A stretch of DNA of 64,000 nucleotides from assembly GCA_018830295.1 (NCBI GenBank), contig JAHJSM010000003.1, positions 2,512 through 66,511 on the forward strand, written 5' to 3'. The notes beneath the pieces were generated by a model. It was given only the letters and a program-made list of their open reading frames with translations, was not told where the DNA came from and searched no databases. Position 1 is the stretch's first letter; each line of letters opens with the position of its first letter. The position numbers were made by a program, and so were the translations under genes. Positions 19,360-28,600 of this stretch are shown here, one piece after another. This DNA is from Patescibacteria group bacterium. GTDB lineage: Bacteria; Patescibacteriota; Minisyncoccia; Portnoybacterales; UBA2143.

Positions 19360-21438
19360 TTAGTTTATCGTTCTTAAAAACCGACTTACTGACATTTGTT
19401 TTATATTCGCGCTTGGATTAAACCCGCGAATAAATTCAGCTAATTTAATTTGTCTATTAAACTCAATCGCGCCTAATTTTCCATCTGAAGGCAGCCCAAT
19501 TGCTTTCGCGCCTCCTGGCTGGTTAAATATCTCCCATGCTTCTTTGCTTGAAGGAATTTTTTCAAGTAATTCGCTCACTTTAACGCTCTTAATCGCTTCG
19601 TATTCGGCTTTACTAAAGCCGAACGCCTTAATATGCGCCATTTCATTTTCTAAAAACGGGTCAACTCCTTCCTCTGGTAATTCTGGTTGCGCTTCTAAAT
19701 ATGTCTTAAATCTCTGATCATCTAAATTTATCTCAACTCCTTTATTAGTCAAAATCTCATCTATCTTCCCTGAAGTCAGTTCCTCGCCCGGATGCGCCGC
19801 CGTCCAGTCGCCCAATATTTTATCGTTATTTGTAATATTTTCCAAAGCCGCTTGCTTTAAGGCGCTTGCATCCCCAAATATTTCATCCATCCCCGCTTTA
19901 TCCTCAAAAATGCTTGAAAAATCAATTTTCTGCCCCACTTTAATTTTATCAATATCCTCCAATCCAAACTTACCCGGATCAGCCGCTATTTTACCCTTAA
20001 TCGCGTCAATCAAATATGTTTTCCTCGCCCCATCCAGCCCCGCGAATTTCTCTCCATAATTTTTTGCCAACTGCTCCTCCGCCATTTTCCAAACCGAATC
20101 CCCTTTCCCCGCCACTTCCACGAAACCGCCGCCCGTTTCCATCGGCGCGCTTTCAGGAACAACCTTCGCTTCGGGGACTGTCCCCTCTGCGGGGACAGTC
20201 CCCTGATTCTCCACCGTTGGCGCCGCTTCCGCCCCAAGACCCACCTTCTCCTTCGCCCAATCCGCCCACTCATGAGGAATAACATTTCCCAACGCCTTAG
20301 CCGTCCACCCCGAAGCGATCAAAGCGCCCATTGACCCGGCCAGCGCGAAGCGCCGATATTTCTCCCATTTCTTCCCGCCTTCCAATTCAAGCAATTTTTC
20401 GTCTAATTTTTTATCCCCATTCTTTATGCTCTCCATCAACTTGTCCGCGAATTCAGCCGTCACTTCCTTCCCCGCTTTTTTCTCTTGGCTTCTCTTAATC
20501 AATCCTTCAAGACCAACCGCCGCCGCTGAACCGCCCAAAACTCTCTGAAACCACCTGCCCGCCACAACTCCCGTCACCATTGCCGCGCCCGCCGCTCCGC
20601 CAACCGCGCCCGCCGCCACGCCTCCCGCTAGCAAACCAGCCGAAAGCATTAGTTTGTATTTCAAAGGCATCTTCCGATACTTCTCAACTACTTTTTTAGA
20701 AATATTCAAAACTTTTTCAAACCTTGACGCCCCGCCTCTTAATTCCAAATCCAATTCCGTTTTTTTGTCATACAATTTATTCGCCTCCGCCGCGATTGTT
20801 TCTATAATAATATCTTTTTCGGATCCGGAATCCAGTATCTCCGCTCTCCGCGCCTTTAACGCTTCAAAATACCTCCCCTTCGCCTCCGCGTATTCCTTCC
20901 CCGCGTTCCCGCCATCTTTTTCAAAATCTTCTTTCGTCTTTTTTTCTTTAGAAAACTTTTTCTTCGCTCTAATATATTTCTCCGCCATCAAATCCACTTT
21001 CGCAAACTCTCCCCGCGCCTCCTCTAAAATCTCTGTCGCTGTCTTTTCTTTCTCTATTTTCGCTTCTTTTTCTTTGTCAGCAACCAGCTCTTTCTCCATC
21101 TCTTCTATCTCGTCTTTGTTTTCATCTTCAAATGTCTTATCAATTATTTTTTGATTCTCTTCGCTAATAGAGGACAGTCCCTCGCCGCGAGGGCTGCCCT
21201 CGTCTTTGTTTACTTTTTTTAATTTTTTTAATTTTCTCGCTTCAACTTTCTTCACTTTTTTCGTCTTGTCCTCCAAACTGCCCGCTATATTTTTCTTAAC
21301 CAGCGCCGGCTGGTCTTCCCATTTCCTTACCACCTTCGCCACCTCCGATGTATCCGAGCGCTCAAAAATCTCCGCCCCAAAAGCATGATTTACTAATTCT
21401 TCCGCATCCTTCTCATATTTTTTATCTTTATCGTCCAT
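19360..21438 (-). CDS. Large membrane-anchored hypothetical protein with a LysM-like segment
   Basis: Charged coiled N-terminus, Gly/Ala-rich TM stretch, GKGDSVWKMAE...IKVGQKIDF. Two in-frame palindromic inserts. Confidence 0.7.
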   Translation of the reverse strand: MDDKDKKYEKDAEELVNHAFGAEIFERSDTSEVAKVVRKWEDQPALVKKNIAGSLEDKTKKVKKVEARKLKKLKKVNKDEGSPRGEGLSSISEENQKIIDKTFEDENKDEIEEMEKELVADKEKEAKIEKEKTATEILEEARGEFAKVDLMAEKYIRAKKKFSKEKKTKEDFEKDGGNAGKEYAEAKGRYFEALKARRAEILDSGSEKDIIIETIAAEANKLYDKKTELDLELRGGASRFEKVLNISKKVVEKYRKMPLKYKLMLSAGLLAGGVAAGAVGGAAGAAMVTGVVAGRWFQRVLGGSAAAVGLEGLIKRSQEKKAGKEVTAEFADKLMESIKNGDKKLDEKLLELEGGKKWEKYRRFALAGSMGALIASGWTAKALGNVIPHEWADWAKEKVGLGAEAAPTVENQGTVPAEGTVPEAKVVPESAPMETGGGFVEVAGKGDSVWKMAEEQLAKNYGEKFAGLDGARKTYLIDAIKGKIAADPGKFGLEDIDKIKVGQKIDFSSIFEDKAGMDEIFGDASALKQAALENITNNDKILGDWTAAHPGEELTSGKIDEILTNKGVEINLDDQRFKTYLEAQPELPEEGVDPFLENEMAHIKAFGFSKAEYEAIKSVKVSELLEKIPSSKEAWEIFNQPGGAKAIGLPSDGKLGAIEFNRQIKLAEFIRGFNPSANIKQMSVSRFLRTIN

Positions 21439-21455
21439 AAAATTATTATACCATA

Positions 21456-22859
21456 CTAATACTCATACTCCCAAACGACCAGCCCGTTTCCGTCCCTTAA
21501 AATAACCTTATCGCTCACATTATTTAAAATATCAATTGACTTGCCCAAAAAAACCCTCCACTCATCGCCAAAAAAATCAACCTCCAAATAGTGGTCGTTA
21601 TAGCAATACGCGTAATTAAACTGCTCGTTCAAAAACGCGACACATGTATTGTCAACGCTAACCTCATAATTGCTGGAATAATCGGGTATTTCGCACTCGT
21701 CTAAATCGTCAATAAAAGAGCGGCAGGCTGTTTTCAAATGACTGTATTCCGACGCGTCAAAAACGGGGCAATCCTCATTCAATGATGGATAAAACTGCTC
21801 GCTTTGGTCTAAATATCCCGCGCATTTGTTGGTTCTAAAATCTATTCCCTGGGGACTTATCCCGACAGAGATAATAACCTCATCATCAGGAGCCAATTCC
21901 ACATCCGCGGGAGTGCTCGCCGAAAAAGGATACCGCAATTTATGAATCGCTTGCGGAATGTCCGCCGTTTCGTTGCTTGTCTCAATCGTCCATCCACCCA
22001 TATTAACTGCGTTATCGCTTTCATTAACTAAAACCAAATAATCATTTTCAAAATCGTCTTCGTCGTAAGAAATATCGTCAATTTCCACGGCTCCATAATT
22101 AGACGAAACCCCTATTTGAAAACTCCAAGAAGCCGGACTGTGGTCAACATAACCCTCTTCATTCATCGCCCGGACAAAAAAGGTAAATGCCCCATTCCAA
22201 CCCGACAAATCATACTCCTTAACATAATCATCGCCCTCGCCTTCCCACTCATCGTCATACCCTGACAAATATGTTTCAAACTCCAGTTCGCTTACATCGC
22301 CCAAAGGATTAGTTCCTGTGTATGTAAAAGAAATGTCAGTACTCTCTATCGCCTCGCCTTGCGACGGACCGCTCAAAATACTTGTTTCCGGATATCGGTT
22401 CGGCTCCGACAATGTTAAAGAAGCGCCCTCATCAAAATCGTCCAAAACATCATCGTCAACGCTAATAATATATTTCCACCCAAAACCATTCCCCGTAAAA
22501 ATGCCCGGGCTGGGAATCCATCGTTTCTTCCCCAACTCAATCAAATAGACCTCGGGACCGGAGCCCTTTAATAAACTTCCGTCTGGATAATCCTCCCCGT
22601 CATCCCAATCTTCACTCCGCGGATAACTCCCCACAACCGAATTCGTGTATGTCTTAATATTCTCCCAAATAAAATTAAAGACCGAGAATGTCTCCGGGTC
22701 GGGAATCCAATGCCTCGTTCCTTTCTCCAATAAATACACCTCTGGCCCGCTTCCCTTTATTAGGTCCAGCTTTGGTAAAAACGCGTTCGCAAAAAAAGGC
22801 GCGGCAAAAAGAACCAAAAACAAAAAAACAAATTTTAATTTCCCTTTTTTATCAAACAT
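21456..22859 (-). CDS. Secreted acidic protein with repeated GSGPEVYL modules and a lamin-tail-like domain
   Basis: Signal-peptide-like N-terminus, two LxKGSGPEVYL...W repeats, C-terminal DKVILRDGNGLVV. Confidence 0.7.
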   Translation of the reverse strand: MFDKKGKLKFVFLFLVLFAAPFFANAFLPKLDLIKGSGPEVYLLEKGTRHWIPDPETFSVFNFIWENIKTYTNSVVGSYPRSEDWDDGEDYPDGSLLKGSGPEVYLIELGKKRWIPSPGIFTGNGFGWKYIISVDDDVLDDFDEGASLTLSEPNRYPETSILSGPSQGEAIESTDISFTYTGTNPLGDVSELEFETYLSGYDDEWEGEGDDYVKEYDLSGWNGAFTFFVRAMNEEGYVDHSPASWSFQIGVSSNYGAVEIDDISYDEDDFENDYLVLVNESDNAVNMGGWTIETSNETADIPQAIHKLRYPFSASTPADVELAPDDEVIISVGISPQGIDFRTNKCAGYLDQSEQFYPSLNEDCPVFDASEYSHLKTACRSFIDDLDECEIPDYSSNYEVSVDNTCVAFLNEQFNYAYCYNDHYLEVDFFGDEWRVFLGKSIDILNNVSDKVILRDGNGLVVWEYEY

Positions 22860-22969
22860 TACATTATCCACATTGATTTTAACATAAAACATAATGTATA
22901 ATCAACATAACTAATCCCCAATGAAAGAAATTCAAGGTCAGACCCTTTTATGGCTTTCTTCTGCGACGA

Positions 22970-23038
22970 GCGCTTTAGATTTTTCTGATACGCGTGGGGC
23001 GCCCTTTAGGGCTAAAGCGTTCGGAAAAATCTAAACGC
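22970..23038 (+). repeat. Structured hairpin repeat family B, copy 1
   Basis: TTTAGATTTTTCTGA-TACGC-GTGGGGC-GCCC-TTTA-GGGC-TAAA-GCGT-TCGGAAAAATCTAAA; near-identical copies at 27266 and 37981. Confidence 0.85.
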
Positions 23039-23052
23039 GAGTATTTATGTTT

Positions 23053-24570
23053 ATGAAAAAAAATAAAACAATTATCCTTCTCCTTCTCATCCTATCTATC
23101 GCGACATTTTTACGCGTTTGGCAACTTGATAGCGCGCCGCCTGGACTTTATCCTGATGAAGCCATGAACGCCAACGATGCCCTAACATCATTAAATAATA
23201 ATCAATTTAAACTTTTCTACCCAGAAAACAACGGCCGCGAAGGTCTTTATTTTTGGCTCATCGCCCTTGCTTTTAAAATATTTGGCGTTTCAATCTGGTC
23301 CCTGCGTTTTACTAGCGCCATCATCGGAACTTTAACTGTCTTAGGAATTTACTTACTAACCAAAGAACTATTTTCAAAAAAAATCGCTCTTCTCTCTTCA
23401 TTTTTTCTCGCCATCTCTTTTTGGCACATCAATTTCAGCCGCATCGGCTTCCGCGCCATTCTCGTCCCATTCTTAATGTGCTTCTCTTTTTATTTCCTCC
23501 TCCGCGCGTTTCGCAAAAACAATATTCTTAACTATATTTGGGCTGGAGTATTTTTTGGTCTCGGTTTTTACAGCTATATCGCCTTTAGGGTGGCTGTCAT
23601 TTTCTTAGGTATTATTATTTTAACGCAAATTATTAAAGATATGAGATGGTCTAATCTTTGGAAAATAGGTTTATTTCTAGTTGTTATTTTTATTGTCGCT
23701 TTGCCTATTGGTATCTATTTTCTCAACAACCCTCTGGATTTCACAGGAAGAACTGGCGGGGTCTCTATTTTTTCAACGGAACAACCGCTATTAGAATTCG
23801 GAAAAAGCGCCGTTAAAATATTCTTTATGTTTAATGTCTTCGGCGATTGGAACTGGCGGCATAATTACGCTGGCTCGCCAATGCTTGTTTGGCCCATAGG
23901 CATCCTTTTTATATTAGGAATGATTTCAACGATTAAAAAACTTTTCTCGTCTGAAAAATACCAGTCCATTTTTTTATTGAGCTGGTTCGCGGTTATGCTC
24001 CTGCCAGCTATTCTCACCTATGAAGGAATGCCTCATGCCCTTCGCGCTATTGGAATTATCCCAGTGGTATATATAATATCCGCTTTGGGCGGCTTTTGGT
24101 TATTTGAAAAACTGTCATTAGCAAAAATGAAAAGCGCTAAATATCTTGCCGCTTTTTTGCTTATTTTTATTATCTTATACCCAGGCTTCAGAAACTTTAA
24201 CAAGTATTTTTTTGACTGGGCAAAAAAACCAGAAACCGCCATGTCTTTTTCTAATGATTATGTAAAAATTGGCGAATACCTCAACTCTCTTCCTGACCAA
24301 GTAAAAAAATATGTCATCGTCAATGAAAAAGGAACTCCTTATTATGGGCTCTCAATCGCCGCCCAAACGCCAATTTTCATTGAAAGCGCAAAATTCGGAA
24401 AGCCGCGCGCTACTTATCTGCCATGGCAAGAAATCGGACAAATTGAAATTTCTCCCTACAAAACTGTCATTTTAACTCTTTATAACCACCAGGCCTTTGA
24501 GGAACTTCAAAAAATGTTCCCTCAAGGAAAAATAAGACAAGACGAACCCTATCGGTTTGAAATAGAATAA
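23053..24570 (+). CDS. GT-C membrane glycosyltransferase (ArnT/PMT-like)
   Basis: PPGLYPDEA, WHINFSRIGFR, more than 10 TM helices. Confidence 0.85.
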   Translation: MKKNKTIILLLLILSIATFLRVWQLDSAPPGLYPDEAMNANDALTSLNNNQFKLFYPENNGREGLYFWLIALAFKIFGVSIWSLRFTSAIIGTLTVLGIYLLTKELFSKKIALLSSFFLAISFWHINFSRIGFRAILVPFLMCFSFYFLLRAFRKNNILNYIWAGVFFGLGFYSYIAFRVAVIFLGIIILTQIIKDMRWSNLWKIGLFLVVIFIVALPIGIYFLNNPLDFTGRTGGVSIFSTEQPLLEFGKSAVKIFFMFNVFGDWNWRHNYAGSPMLVWPIGILFILGMISTIKKLFSSEKYQSIFLLSWFAVMLLPAILTYEGMPHALRAIGIIPVVYIISALGGFWLFEKLSLAKMKSAKYLAAFLLIFIILYPGFRNFNKYFFDWAKKPETAMSFSNDYVKIGEYLNSLPDQVKKYVIVNEKGTPYYGLSIAAQTPIFIESAKFGKPRATYLPWQEIGQIEISPYKTVILTLYNHQAFEELQKMFPQGKIRQDEPYRFEIE

Positions 24571-24593
24571 AATAGAAAAATAAACAAAAAGAT

Positions 24594-26336
24594 ATGTCTA
24601 ACCGTTTTACCTACGCCATCGCGTTCCTTCTTCTAATAATCTCTTTTACCCTCTGCTTTTTTACTCTCTTTGACGATTGCTGGACCTTTGACGAAACCGC
24701 GCACATCGCGTCCGGTTATTCTTATTTAACTCAACACGACTTTCGCCTCAATCCAGAACACCCGCCGCTCATTAAGGACTTAGCGGCCGCGCCTCTCTTG
24801 TTTCTTAATCTCAACTTTCCCAAAGAACATTCTGCGTGGCTCCAAGAAGGAGACCCTGTCTGGTGGCTTCAATTTGATTTCGCCAGCCAATTTTTATACC
24901 AAGCCGGCAACGACCCAGACCAAATCCTCCTTTTCGCGAGAATACCAATGATTTTATTATTTCTTTTCCTGGCTTGGTTTGTCTTTTTTTGGACAAAAAA
25001 ACTTTTTGGCAACAAGACCGCCCTGCTATCCCTTTTCTTCATCGCGTTATCTCCCACTTTTTTAGCCCATGGAAGATTAGTCACAACTGACATCGGAGCC
25101 GCTTTAGGAACAGTAATCGCAACTTGCGTCTGGTTAAAATTTTTAAAAAAGCCATCTTGGAAAAATGTTCTTTTAGCCGCTTTTATTTTAGGCATTTCTT
25201 TGCTTCTTAAATTTTCCCTGATTTTACTAATTCCATTCTTGGGCATTATTACTCTTTTTTACGCCTGGGTTTACAAAAAACCCTTCCTAAAATATATCGC
25301 CCTCTCCACGCTTATCGGTTTAATCGCTTTAATTTTTGTTATCTGGCCCATTTACCAAGCGCATACATTTAATTACCCTGTCCAGCAACAACTCAAAGAC
25401 ACTGTCTTTCGGCTTGAGAGCGCGTCTGCTCCTGAATTTATTGCAGAACCGCTTCTTTGGATGAGCGATAAACCAATCTTGAGGTCTCTTAGCCATTACT
25501 TTACTGGAATAGTAATGACTGTTAGCCGCGCTGGCGGAGGCAATACCACATTCTTTATGGGACAAATGTCCGCCGAAGCGTGGAAAAGTTATTTCCCTAT
25601 TGTTTATCTAATCAAAGAACCGCTACCATTTCACATTCTCACCCTCCTTGCCCTAATCTGGTCCCTTTATTCAATTTTTAGAAAAAAGAAAATAGCAGTC
25701 AGAAAATTGCTTTCCAAGTATTTTACGGAATTCGCTATGTTCATTTTTCTAATTATTTACTGGACTGTCAGCATCAAAGGCAATCTCAATATTGGAGTAA
25801 GACATCTTTTGCCGGTCTTCCCTTTTACTATTATTTTAGTCAGTCGCGCTACTATTTCGTGGTTAAAAGAACCCGCCTTAAAAATTAAATATATTTTTGT
25901 CGGACTTCTTCTTCTTTGGCAAGCCGTTTCAGTTATCCAAATCTATCCCAGTTTCCTCGCCTACTTCAACGAATTAGTCGGAGGTCCAGCCAACGGATAT
26001 GAATTTGTGACGGATTCCAACATTGATTGGGGTCAGGACCTAAGGCGTTTAACCGCTTTTGTTGAAGAAAACAAAATAGATAAAATTTATCTTAATTATT
26101 TCGGCGGCGGCTCCCCAACCTATTATCTCGGCGCTCGATACCAAAAATGGGACGCCAAACAAAAACCAGACCAATTGCCGCCAAACAGCTGGCTCGCCAT
26201 CTCCATCAACGAACTGCAAGGAGGAAGAGCAACCCCTGTCAAAGGATTTGACCAAAAAACCGACTATTACAACTGGCTCAACCGATACGAACCAACAGCC
26301 ATCATCGGCCACTCCATTTTTGTTTATCACTTATAA
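24594..26336 (+). CDS. GT-C membrane glycosyltransferase (ArnT/PMT-like)
   Basis: TFDETAHI, NPEHPPL, LAHGRLVTTD, DSNIDWGQDL. Confidence 0.85.
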   Translation: MSNRFTYAIAFLLLIISFTLCFFTLFDDCWTFDETAHIASGYSYLTQHDFRLNPEHPPLIKDLAAAPLLFLNLNFPKEHSAWLQEGDPVWWLQFDFASQFLYQAGNDPDQILLFARIPMILLFLFLAWFVFFWTKKLFGNKTALLSLFFIALSPTFLAHGRLVTTDIGAALGTVIATCVWLKFLKKPSWKNVLLAAFILGISLLLKFSLILLIPFLGIITLFYAWVYKKPFLKYIALSTLIGLIALIFVIWPIYQAHTFNYPVQQQLKDTVFRLESASAPEFIAEPLLWMSDKPILRSLSHYFTGIVMTVSRAGGGNTTFFMGQMSAEAWKSYFPIVYLIKEPLPFHILTLLALIWSLYSIFRKKKIAVRKLLSKYFTEFAMFIFLIIYWTVSIKGNLNIGVRHLLPVFPFTIILVSRATISWLKEPALKIKYIFVGLLLLWQAVSVIQIYPSFLAYFNELVGGPANGYEFVTDSNIDWGQDLRRLTAFVEENKIDKIYLNYFGGGSPTYYLGARYQKWDAKQKPDQLPPNSWLAISINELQGGRATPVKGFDQKTDYYNWLNRYEPTAIIGHSIFVYHL

Positions 26337-27196
26337 TACACCCTTCCCTCTATCCTTAAATCCACATACTCTAAAGCGGCCAATCCCTCTTCCGTTTCGT
26401 TTTTTAAAATAACCTTGAGCGCGTCGATTTGCGAAATAGCCGGAACAGACGGATTAAAATAAATCTGCCAGCCCTGAATAGTCGTTGCTTTCAATTCTTC
26501 ATCCGAAACAAATTCAAAATCGCGCGCGTCGGGAAAGACCTTTTTGGCGGTTAAAATAAAATCAATCACCCTTGGCGGAATAACTTCGTCTCTGATTTTC
26601 GCCGAATTATTTTCGCCATAAATATTAAGAACTAAATTGCCTCCGATAAGAGGCGACTCCCGAAAAATCACGCCCTCCCGATCAATCTTAAAACAATCCC
26701 CAATCTCCCCAGGGGACAGTCCCCCGTCCGCGGGGGCTGACCCCGTTGTAGCTAAATTGTCCTCATCACTAAGGGACAGTCCCTCGTCGCGAGGGACTGT
26801 CCCTGTCTTAGTTATCACACACCAAATCCCGACACTCTCCCTCTCCCCTATTTTAATCTCCAAAACAGAAGGCATTTTTTTCAAAACATTGACCAGCCGA
26901 ATTTCAGGAAACCTTTCCAGAATCCTTTTTTCAATTTCCTCCGTCGGCGCCAAAAAAACGCTTTTTAGCGGAATAAAATAAAAAATCTTTTCTTCTAAAA
27001 CCCTTTTCGCGATTTCTTCTATCTCTGCGGATGAATAATACATCGGCTCCTTGCCATCCGCCGCCTCAACTTTAATTTCACCCACCCAAAAAAAAGGCGA
27101 CCAGACCAAAAAATAAGCCAAGCCGCCTATCAAACAAAAAAACAGTCCCAAAAAAACAAACTTTTTAAGGGACTTTTTTTTCTTTCTTTTAATCAT
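26327..27196 (-). CDS. ftsQ: Cell division protein FtsQ/DivIB with two in-frame palindromic inserts
   Basis: Basic N-terminus + TM, POTRA-like region, C-terminal YVDLRIEGRVYYK. Confidence 0.75.
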   Translation of the reverse strand: MIKRKKKKSLKKFVFLGLFFCLIGGLAYFLVWSPFFWVGEIKVEAADGKEPMYYSSAEIEEIAKRVLEEKIFYFIPLKSVFLAPTEEIEKRILERFPEIRLVNVLKKMPSVLEIKIGERESVGIWCVITKTGTVPRDEGLSLSDEDNLATTGSAPADGGLSPGEIGDCFKIDREGVIFRESPLIGGNLVLNIYGENNSAKIRDEVIPPRVIDFILTAKKVFPDARDFEFVSDEELKATTIQGWQIYFNPSVPAISQIDALKVILKNETEEGLAALEYVDLRIEGRVYYK

Positions 27197-27265
27197 TAAT
27201 TTACAAGGTCAGACCTTTTATTTCTTTCAGAACCTCTGACTTTTTTAGTTTCTTTTTCGCAGCAA

Positions 27266-27334
27266 GCACTTTAGATTTTTTTGATACGCGTGGGGCGCCC
27301 TTTAGGGCTAAAGCGTTCAAAAAAATCTAAATGC
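27266..27334 (+). repeat. Structured hairpin repeat family B, copy 2 (overlaps the serS stop)
   Basis: Core identical to copy 1. Confidence 0.85.
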
Positions 27335-28559
27335 GAGCGGTCCCTCCCATAAACTTCCGCAAAACCTCCGGAACAACAATCCCCCCATCCTTCTTCTGAT
27401 AATTCTCAATAATAGCGATCAAAATCCGCCCCATCGCGAAAGCCGTCCCATTTAAAGTGTGAACAAATTCCGTTCCCTCTTTCCCGCGATAGCGGATATT
27501 CAAACGCCGCGCTTGCCAATCAGTACAGTTGCTCGCCGAATGCGTTTCTCTGTATTCGCCTTGCCCGGGCATCCACGCTTCAATGTCCCACTTTTTCGCC
27601 GCCGGGTCGCCCAAATCGCCCGAACAAATATCAATCACTCGATAAGGAATTTCCAACATTTTCATCAACTTTTCCTCCAACGAAAAAATTAAATTATGCT
27701 CGTCCTTTGATTTATCGGGATGACAAAAACTAAACATTTCCACTTTATCAAACTGATGAACTCTCAAAATCCCCTTTGTGTCTTTCCCGTACGCCCCCGC
27801 TTCGCGCCGAAAACAAGTTGAAAATCCGACATATCTTTTGGGCAAATCCTTTTCTTCAAAAATCTCGCCGCTATGCATCGCTCCGATTGGCTGCTCGGAA
27901 GTGCCAGTCAAATACAAATCGTCTTTTTCTAAGTGATAAACCTCATCCGCTCCTCTGTCCAAATAACCCATTCCTCGCATAGGCGCGTCTTTCAGTAGGA
28001 CGGGCGGAATAACAGGAATAAATCCTTCTTTGCCTAAAACCTCAAGCGCCAATTGGATCAGCGCGAATTCCATCAAAACCGCTTCGCCTTTCAAATAGCC
28101 AAACCTCGTCCCGCTAACTTTTGCTGCCCGCGCGACATCAACAATGTCCAATTTTTCGGCAATTTCCAAATAATCCTTCGGCTTAAAATCAAATTTTCTC
28201 TTTTCCCCTTCTTCTCTTAAAACTTTGTTATCTTTATCGCTCGCCCCCTCAATCACATCGTCAAAAGGCAGATTAGGAACCTGCCTCATTAATTTATCAA
28301 ACTCCTTCTTAACCGCATCCAACCTCGGCTCCAACTCTTTAATCTCTTTCTTTATCTCCTTCGCTTTTTCACGCAAGTGTTCAACGTTCAGGGTTGAACA
28401 TTTATTCCTCTCTGCTTTCAACGCCTCAATCTTCCCCATCAACTCCCGTCGCTCCCCATCCAATTCCAAAAGCCGCTCCAAATCAACCTCCGCCTTCTTC
28501 CGACGGCACCCCTCTTTCACTTTATCTAAATTGTCCCGAATAAATTTAATATCCAACAT
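27327..28559 (-). CDS. serS: Serine--tRNA ligase
   Basis: MLDIKFIR, GTSE, FRREAG, RVHQFDKVE, HTLNGTA. Confidence 0.97.
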   Translation of the reverse strand: MLDIKFIRDNLDKVKEGCRRKKAEVDLERLLELDGERRELMGKIEALKAERNKCSTLNVEHLREKAKEIKKEIKELEPRLDAVKKEFDKLMRQVPNLPFDDVIEGASDKDNKVLREEGEKRKFDFKPKDYLEIAEKLDIVDVARAAKVSGTRFGYLKGEAVLMEFALIQLALEVLGKEGFIPVIPPVLLKDAPMRGMGYLDRGADEVYHLEKDDLYLTGTSEQPIGAMHSGEIFEEKDLPKRYVGFSTCFRREAGAYGKDTKGILRVHQFDKVEMFSFCHPDKSKDEHNLIFSLEEKLMKMLEIPYRVIDICSGDLGDPAAKKWDIEAWMPGQGEYRETHSASNCTDWQARRLNIRYRGKEGTEFVHTLNGTAFAMGRILIAIIENYQKKDGGIVVPEVLRKFMGGTARI

Positions 28560-28600
28560 ATTTTTTCATAATCCCGTTCGGCTTTGGTAAAGCCGAATTA

